A stretch of DNA of 59,330 bases, the filler included, from Catajapyx aquilonaris (Eukaryota): NCBI GenBank assembly GCA_000934665.2. It is 3 parts of 3 records of this genome, joined end to end, with 100 filler letters (N's around TTAATTAATTAA, not from the genome) between each part and the next. Parts side by side here need not be neighbours in the genome. Positions count along the whole stretch, not along the records: positions 39,627 to 59,330 come from KZ539530.1; 2 more parts are not named here. One strand, given 5' to 3'. A program made the translations under genes and the position numbers. Shown here in pieces: positions 50,360-59,330 of the stretch. Every line of letters begins with the position of its first letter. The stretch's first letter is position 1. The notes beneath the pieces were generated by a model. That model saw only the letters and a list, made by a program, of their open reading frames with translations, did no database searches and was not told the origin of the DNA.

Positions 50360-53300
50360 CTGTGGTTTCCAACCTTTTACCAACTGCGACCCCCTAAACA
50401 TGTTTACATAAATGTGCGACCCCCCCCCCCCTCCCGGCCCCTTTACAACTGCCCAATTTCCAGACAACACACTCTGTACGACCGCAAAAATGGTTCAATT
50501 TACACAGAAATTGCAAAAAAGTTCAACAAAGCCTCGCGACCCCCGCGCGACGATGCCCGCGACCCCCCCGGGAGACAGTTACTCATATAGTTACCCATAT
50601 AGCGCGTAACCCATATAGACGGTCACCCATATTAACTGTTACTCATATAGAGAGTAACCCATAAATTATAGAACGTAACCCATATAGACGGTCACCCATA
50701 CATACGGTTACCCATATAGAGCGTAACCCATAGAGTAACCCATAAATTATAGAGCATAACCCATATAGAGTAACACAGAGTAACCCATATTATAGTAACA
50801 CCGAGTAACCCATATATAGCGTAACCCATATAGATGGTCACACATGTAGAGCAACCCATATAGACGGTAACCCATATTAACGGTTACCCATATCGAGACC
50901 ATATAGAGAGTAACCCAAAAATTATAGAGCGTAACCCATATAGACGGTCACCCATATTAACTGTTACCCATACAGAAAGTAACCCATAAATTATAGAACG
51001 TAACCCATATAGACGGTTACCCATATAGAGTAACACAGAGTAACCCATATGTAGCGTAACCCATATAGATGGTCACACATGTAGAGCGACCCATATAAAG
51101 CGTAACCCATATAGACGGTCACCCATATAGATGGTCACACATGTAGAGCAACCCATATAGAGAGTAACCCATAAATTATAGAGCGTAACCCATATAGAGA
51201 GTAAGACAGAGTAACCCATATTAACGGTTACCCATAGAGTAACCCATATAGACGGTTACCCATATAGAGAGTAACAGAGTAACCCATATAGATGGTCACA
51301 CATGTAGAGCAACCCATATAGAGTAACCCATAAATTATAGAGCGTAACCCATATAGAGAGCAACCCATATTAACGGTTACCCATATAAAGAGTAACCCAT
51401 AAATTATAGAGCGCAACCCATGTAGATGGTCACACACGTAGAGTAACCCATATAGACGGTAACCCATATTAACGGTTACCCATATAGAGTAACCCATATT
51501 ATAACGGTTACCCATAGAGAGAGTAACCCATAAATTATAGAGAGTAACCCATATTAACGGTTACCCATAAATTATAGAGAGTAACCCATATAGAGAGTAC
51601 CACAGAGTAACCCATATAGTGCGTAACCCATATAGACGGTAACCCATATTGAGAGCAACCCATATAGAGAGTAACCCATAAATTATAGAACGTAACCCAT
51701 ATAGACGGTCACCCATACAGACGGTTACCCATAGAGTAACCCATAAATTATAGAGCGTAACCCATATAGATGGTCACACATGTAGAGTAACCCATATAGA
51801 TGGTCACACATGTAGAGTAACCCATATAGACGGTAACCCATATTAACGGTAACCCATACAGAGAGTAACCCATAAATTATAGAGCGTAACCCATATAGAG
51901 AGTAACACAGAGTACCCCATATAAACGGTCACCCATACAGACGGTTACCCATATAGAGCAACCCATATTAACGGTTACCCATATTTAGTAACCCATAAAT
52001 TATAGAGCGTAACCCATACAGAGAGTAACCCATAAATTATAGCGCGTAACCCATACAGACGGTTACCCATATACAGAGTAACCCATAAATTATAGAGCGT
52101 AACCCATATAGAGAGTAACACAGAGTAACCCATATTAACGGTTACCCATATAGAGTAACCCATAAATTATAGCGCGTAACCCATATAAAGAATAACACAA
52201 AGTAACCCATATTAACGGTTACCCATATAGAGAGTAACCCATAAATTATAGCGCGTAACCCATATAGACGGTTACCCATATAGAGAGCAACCCATATAGA
52301 CGGTTACCCATAAATTATAGAGTAACCCATAGAGTAACCCATAGAGTAACCCATACAGAGCGTAACCCATATAGACGGTTACCCATAGAGAGTAACCCAT
52401 AAATTACAGAGCGTAACCCATATAGAGAGTAACACAGTGTAACCCATATTGAGAGCAACCCATATTAACGGTTACTCATATAGACGGTAACCCATAAATT
52501 ATAGCACGTAGCCCATACAGACGGTTACCCATATAGAGCTCAACCCATATACAGAGTAACCCATAAATTAGAGCGTAACCCATATAGAGTAACACAGAGT
52601 AACCCATATAGATGGTCACACATGTAGAGTAACCCATAAATTACAGAGCGAAACCCATATAGAGGGTCACCCATACAGACGGTTACCGATAGAGTAACCC
52701 ATAAATTATAGCGCGTAACCCATATAGACGGTCACCGATACAGACGGTTACCCATATAGAGCGTAACCCGTTTACCGGCTAGTCATATAGACGGTAACCC
52801 ATAAATTACAGAGTAACCCATAAATTATAGAGTAACCCATAGAGTAACCCATACAGAGCGTAACCCATATAGACGGTTACCCATATAGAGAGCAACCCAT
52901 ATAGACGGTTACCCATAAATTATAGAGTAACCCATAGAGAGCGTAACCCATATAGACGGTTACCCATAGAGAGTAACCCATAAATTATAGAGCGTAACCC
53001 ATATTGAGAGTAACACAGTGTAACCCATATAGAGCGTAACCCATATTGAGAGCAACCCATATTGAGAGTAACACAGTGTAACCCATATAGAGCTCAACCC
53101 ATAAATTAGAGCGTAACCCATATAGAGTAACACAGAGTAACCCATATAGATGGTCACACATGTAGAGTAACCCATAAATTACAGAGCGAAACCCATATAG
53201 AGAGTGATACAGAGTAACCCATATAGAGAGCAACCCATATAGACGGTAGTCCTACAGAGAGTAACCCTATAGAGAGTAACACAGAGTAACCCATGTAGAG

Positions 53301-53840
53301 CGTAACCCATATAGACGGTTACCCATATAGAGTAACCCATAAATTATAGCGCGTAACCCATACATATGGTCACCCATATAGAGTAACCCATATTAACGGT
53401 TACCCATATAGACGTACCCATACATGTAGACGGTAACCAATATAGAGAGCAACCCATATAAAGAGTAACCCATAAATTATAGAACGTAACCCATATAGAG
53501 AGTAACATATACACAGTCACCCATATGTGTGTCAGAGTTACGGCGACCCGGCCATAACGGCCCCGCGCCAATGTATCTCATCATCCACCCATATAGAGAG
53601 TAACATATACACAGTCACCCATATGTGTGTCAGAGTTACGGCGACCCGGCCATAACGGCCCCGCGCCAATGTATCTCATCATCCACCCATATAGAGAGTG
53701 ACACAGAGTAACCCATATACTGTAGAGAGCAACCCATATAGACGGTAACCCATATAGGGAGCATCCCATAAATTATAGAGCGCAACCCATATAAAGCATA
53801 ATTGAACAAAGGCTCGCGACCCCCAGGTTGGAGACAACTG
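50360..53840. mobile_element. hAT-like non-autonomous element ends enclosing a satellite
   Basis: Left CTGTGGTTTCCAACCTTTT..GCGACCCC; right GCGACCCCCAGGTTGGAGACAACTG. These match the CAGTGGTTCCCAACCT-type hAT MITE end; TSD not intact. Confidence 0.6.
50575..53795. repeat. Complex short-unit satellite with AACCCATA core (~3.2 kb)
   Basis: Irregular concatenation of 12-24-bp variants (agagtaacccatat, agacggttacccatat, agagcgtaacccatat, aaattat, agatggtcacacatgt); ~98-bp duplication at ~53497-53695. Confidence 0.95.
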
Positions 53841-56800
53841 GTTAGTCACAATCCTGTAGGAAGCCGCTTCAACTTGCTAATTCCTGAAGGACGCCTAAAT
53901 TTGCCTCCGCATCAAAGCGCTGAAGGTTCTTGTCCGAGGTTGGACCCCCAAATCCTTGACCGGAGGCTTTTCACACCATGTCATGTGATAAGGTGGGTCG
54001 GAGCACACAGCCTCTTCAGTGGGGACGATCAAAGAGTGTGGTGACATCAGTCTGTGATGCCACTGGAAACCTCGTAGCAGTTTGATGACACCGAGTTGCT
54101 CAAAACTTTTTTGGAACGTTGAATTTATAAACCGAAATCGTCATAACTTCGAGGTCACTGAGTAAATCCCTTGTTTTTCGGGGACGCACGTTTTTGGCCG
54201 GCGGTTTTTGATATCTGAACCCCCCCGAATGTGCAATCCCATAATCACAGACTAGGATCGCAATTCCGATCATAAACCTCAAATACAATATTAATGCACT
54301 CGCAGACTATAAGCGAGTCCATATACCCCGCGCGTGACTAACATCTCGGCCAGTCACGACCCAAAAAAACTGTACAATTTCTTGCTCGATAATCAGAGAT
54401 TTCGTATACGCTTAGTGAACAAAAAAAACTCGGCGGTACAACTAGTAAACAATATTCATGACCATTTTCCGCGGTCATGAACGCAAAGCTTCGACGCGTC
54501 GCAAATAAGTGAGTTAGCAGGAGGCACACGTGCGAGAGATTGACTTGTAGATGGTCGGGGTGTATTTGCGTCGGTCGGGTGTGCAAAGTAGGTGATGCGG
54601 GTTTTCCCCTGGGCGGGCGTATTTCACAGGGGATATTTTACGGCCCCATTGGGCCAGGATGCTGTTCCTCCGGGCTGTATCTGTAACATGATGGCCACCA
54701 CGTTTCAGCAGCGCGATGCATCATGCATGTACAAACTCATTGACTTTCATGACCTTGCATATGGATGCCGGAGGGTTCTGGGTATGTGCGTGTTAGTGGG
54801 TGGGGAGGATGGGTACCGCTGCCTGTGCCACACACCGACGGGGGAATTGGGGCCTGGCACAAGTAAATGGAAGCAGGCCTGGAGGGGGAGGTCACAAAAA
54901 GCCTGTCTTTTTAATTTGGGTTTTATGCGGGCGGCGGTCGTGGGTATGAAGCCGGCAGATGGGCCTATGATGAAGCGCAAATTTCGGAAGAACAGCCTGC
55001 GGAGGAGCCTTGCCATGGCGTGCTCTGCGTTCCGGCACCGAATTCCACCCTGACATATACGCTTCTGCACGTCGATGACCCCCAAAAAAACGCTCTTTGA
55101 AAATGGAAAATGCACCTAACGTCACAGCCTATCACGGACAAATGCTCCAAAAGTTTGAAATAAAACTTTTTTACAGCCTGCCGGTTGAGGGAAGAATAAG
55201 CAAGACGGGTAATTAGCTTCTTGCTATCTAAGAAAACCTCGAGTGCCACCCATTATCATCATCCTGAAATTTTACGGGTGCTTTTAATTGTATGCAAATA
55301 AATGGCGAGATGGGGGGCATTGTGGGTACACGCTTTCCTGGGAAACTGCGGTGCAATTAGTGCATAGTAAGTGATCATGGCCCGCAATGCGCTCATTGCT
55401 GCAAACTAACCGTATTAAATTTATCATCAGGGCTGCCCGCAAAATGGAAATTTTCAGGTAACCTGCAGATTGTTTCGTTTACCGTGCCTGTTCATGCAAT
55501 CACGACGTGGGTAAATTTGTAACGCAATAATAAGGAATTAAAATGTTTGAGTTTGGCCGCGCCTGTTTTGTGTGGTCAATCAGTTATGCTGGCAAATTGC
55601 ATCGATTCGATACATCGATATTCTCCAACACCTTCCAAAAAAAAAAAAAAAAATNNNNNNNNNNNNNCCCCCCCCCCCCCCCCCGACAACCGGTCATAAC
55701 TTATAAGTAAACCCGCAGAAACGTCCCAAATGCGGTGCCAACGAGGTTTTCACAGACAACAGCGCTGATAAGGTATGAAAAATTGAAGCCAGCAACTTGA
55801 TATACGCACAGGAATAACAGAATAGCTCGTGTGTTCCGGTAATGCATCAAAAGAACAGCCAATTACAGGATGAGTGTCATGACTCACTAAGACGGAAGCC
55901 ATATTTCACCGTCCTAATTACGACAACTCCAGCCCCTCCTGTCCATTCGCAATTCCACACACTCTCTACCCCCACGTAATCTTGATTGGGCTGACATTAC
56001 TGCCAATTCCCTTGCGTATCATACCCACTCTGTAATCTGGAAATGTGAACTTGCCCGCTATCACACGTGACATCTAATAAAAGGAAATTACTCGAGAGGG
56101 CTCCTTCGCGACACGACTACTTACGACATTCCCGCCCCATGTTCGATTATACACCACACCGCCATTTTGGATCCAAAGTATGACAGGCGACATATTGCAT
56201 CAAGGAGCCATTTTTAATCCATTACATTCGTCCCATGCCATTTTGAGTCCACATGTTCTAGCCTCCCATGCCTAGTGTGAACCGTACGTAAAACCGGGCC
56301 CAAAACCCGGTCGATTGCGACGCAGTATCCCGCCTTTTCTCCCGTGACAGCTCTGCTCTGCATTCACCCTGAATAACCCGGGCTGCAACTTTCATGCCCC
56401 GCGCCATTCCGCTTATAGATACGAGGCCACATCTTTTAACAATTGATGGGGACACACCATTCCATGATTGCGCCCGTGTTTCCGTGCAGCCCAACCCCCG
56501 AGCCCCCACAGGAAGGATTAATGCTCAAGTTGGTGTTCCAGGCACGTGGAACCCTTGTCTATAGGTACCCCCCAAAAAGACCAGACCACACACACACACT
56601 TCGTGCTTGACGGCTATTTCGATAGATGCGCGTAAGTTCAGCAAAAATTGTGCCAAACACTAATTGAACGTCTGCAACGTCTCACGGAACCCGAAATTGA
56701 ATACCGCCACGTGAAGAACTACTCAAGCTGTCGTTTACATGTTCCAGTCAACCTTACAGTGCCCTTCAACCGTCGAAAGACAGCCTGAAGAGTTTCGTAA

Positions 56801-59330
56801 AACTTTCTGGGGGCCGCCTTCTGACATTTTCTCAAGAAGCTCGCCCACTCGATTTCAGCTAAGGAATCAAAAAGATCCGCACTTTTTCCACCTGTTCTGT
56901 TCAAACTTTTTTTCCTCTCCTTCTAGTTTTCAGGCAGCACAGTGGGATATAGACTTGATTTTTCAGCAGTCAACTTCACAATACAATTACTTACGCACAG
57001 CCAAAAGTTACAGCAGGTATTACGCAACAAAAAAAAGTTACGGGTTGGGGGAACAAACTCAGCGATCACTCCCCAAATTGCCAATTGCCAATTCACCTCG
57101 GGTCCCATAATTAGCCAACGCACAGCTCTTCCCGCAGCATCCATCGTGGCCTGGTAAAATATGCACCACTAATCCACTCAGCTTGCGATGACATTGATAC
57201 AATAGGACTAGGCAAAATTAACTGGTCCCCCAAGTACAGACAATATGAACTGCAGTGTTAGCCAGATGAGACTGAACCATTCATTCTGACCGAGCGGGGG
57301 GAAAAATGGCTGAGCACTTCGATGTGCACCATAAAGTGGAGATATCATAGAAATCCCTGGCTAGCCGCAAACCAACGTATCGAATAATTTTCTATAACGC
57401 TTTTGAAAAGAACGGATAACAGTTCCAAATATAAGCTGGTTATCAAGGATTCAATATGGCGATTTATAAGAACGTACAGGTGCACAGTATTGCCCTGGCT
57501 CTAGTGATCTCTCGGGGCAATTCCGCAGCATAATCTGACCTGTAATCAGACCACCGGTGCGGTGGTCTGTTTACAGGTCAGATTGCTCACTAGGCCTAAA
57601 ATCGCTCTGAGGCCTCATCTGGCAGCAAAAACAGACATAATTGAAGTCTGCTTTTATCGTTCTCTCTGTCCAAGTAGGCCTCCCAAGCAAACAGAGTCTG
57701 CATGCAAGTGGTCCTCATGTAGACCCCTGCACCCCCCAGCATCTCTCCGGAACATCTATCTGGCCTCGGATTCACTGCTCCTCCATTTATCAAGGCTTTT
57801 CCATTGTCCGCTGGAGCCTCCAAGTCGCGGGACGGACCACTTTTTTTCTCTCTCTCTCTCTTCCTTCTAGCAACTTTCTTTCCCTCCGGAGCCGGTGAGG
57901 AAAGCCTGGCTTCTTCTTCTTCTTTTTTTATACCTCCTTCCTCTTCGTCATTCCCTAGAGCGGCCTCTTCCACGTCATCCATTGATAGTCGCGGAGATTG
58001 TCACAGCAGAGTTGCCACGTCGACACTTGGCGCCCCGAAGCGATTTATGTTCCGCTCTGGTTATTATTTTTCCTCGCGTCTTGCCTGTCCCCCAGACTTA
58101 GGTTTTTTTTCGTGTATATATCGGAGAACATAATTTACACGCCAGCTACTTTTCGAGTTTCAAAGTTGTCGCTGGGGAAAACCGGGATTAATGCTTACGG
58201 TGGATTACAGCGAATATTACATTTTACATAATATACATATGATCTAAAGTTAAGCGGAAAAAAACCCATTGGAACACAGCATATCAGCACATTCCAGGGG
58301 GCCGTCAACGGTTCAAAAATTACGCAGTCGAAAATTAGTTTCCACTTAAAATTTCGGCATTAAAACCCGAGTCGTATACACGTCAACATTCCGTGCTCGC
58401 AAATCAGTTACCCTGAGCTATTTTGGTCCCGAAAAAAGCGATGATCGACATTTAAACTGCGGTGTGTAAATGATAAGGCTTGATAGCGTACAAGGCGTTT
58501 AGCGGAAAACATGAACTCTATTAATTTGAAACAAACATATTCGTAGCAATTACCACCAACGTTGGTCGAAAAACAGTAGAGCTACTTAAAAATCACAGCT
58601 AAAAAAAAAATACGAAACGGACATCGCACAAAAATTTCTGCTATTATAATCAAAAACGAGTGAGTCTGTTTAGTTTTGCAAAGTAGGATACACACCGAAT
58701 CCCTCATTATGTTGTGACAGTAGTTCTGCCTTCGCTCTCCCAAGTGCAGCTTATTTTGGAACCAGAAATTTGCAGTTTCAATTAATTTGCCTCCGGACTT
58801 GTTAGCGTGGACTGCGCAATGCGCTCCCAGGCAACCATATTACTGAATATTCTTTAGTTAGCGGGGCGGGAACGGCCGTGCAAAATTGATCCATGTTAGG
58901 GCCTCGCAAAATCAGCCCCAGAACCTCGCTAGCAATGGTCAGGCTGCATGCTATTGTCCCTAACTTTTCTGCTCCAGGGTTGCATGTCAAGAGTGTCGAA
59001 TCCAGAGGCCTTTACACTGCTTTACATATACTGTCATTTTAAAAGTTGGCTACAATCATTATTATATTGCCATTTCATGTAGCCAATTAATCAGGGAGCA
59101 TATACTATATAAGAGGCGCAAACACTCGATTTGTGCGTCTCTCTGTTTAGGGCGTTGCCAAGGCTGGCGGCCATTTTGAAGTGTGTGGAACGCCAACGAG
59201 GTATAAATAGGGTACAGGCAGGCCGTCAAGGTCCACGGGGGTCCGCCATCTTCGATGGTTTTGGCTGCCATGGCAATACACGGCAATAACACGCGCGAAT
59301 TTGAATTCGATATTGGAATGGGTAAGTAAA

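Noticed and set aside
50575..53795. Telomeric repeat
   Set aside because: TAACCC occurs only within longer variable units, never as (TTAGG)n or (TTAGGG)n runs.
56770..56815. Hammerhead ribozyme core (CTGAAGA near GAAA)
   Set aside because: Could not build the three flanking stems.
53841..59330. Upstream oaf exons or other genes
   Set aside because: I found no OAF N-terminal motif or other recognisable coding signal by eye; a tBLASTn search is needed to exclude short exons.

Overview
Eukaryotic, almost certainly arthropod, genomic DNA. Two identical 100-bp spacers (44 N + TTAATTAATTAA + 44 N, at 19720-19819 and 39527-39626) split it into three blocks that may not be adjacent in the genome. 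Block 1 (1-19719) is a tandem array of intron-containing C2H2 zinc-finger genes: the 3' end of gene A, a near-complete gene B, the 5' part of gene C, and decayed copies. Genes B and C share an unrecognised ~55-aa N-terminal exon. The 6-finger arrays of A and B differ mainly at the DNA-contacting residues. Block 2 (19820-39526) is a tandem cluster of five gustatory-receptor (7tm_7) genes, one frameshifted, plus orphan GR exons, tRNA-derived SINEs and an intron-containing Merlin/IS1595-type DDE transposon. Block 3 (39627-59330) holds the last three coding exons of out at first (oaf, minus strand), many hairpin and tandem repeats, and a 3.2-kb complex AACCCATA satellite inside hAT-like ends. All exon models were derived by hand from splice signals and phase consistency; no database searches were run.
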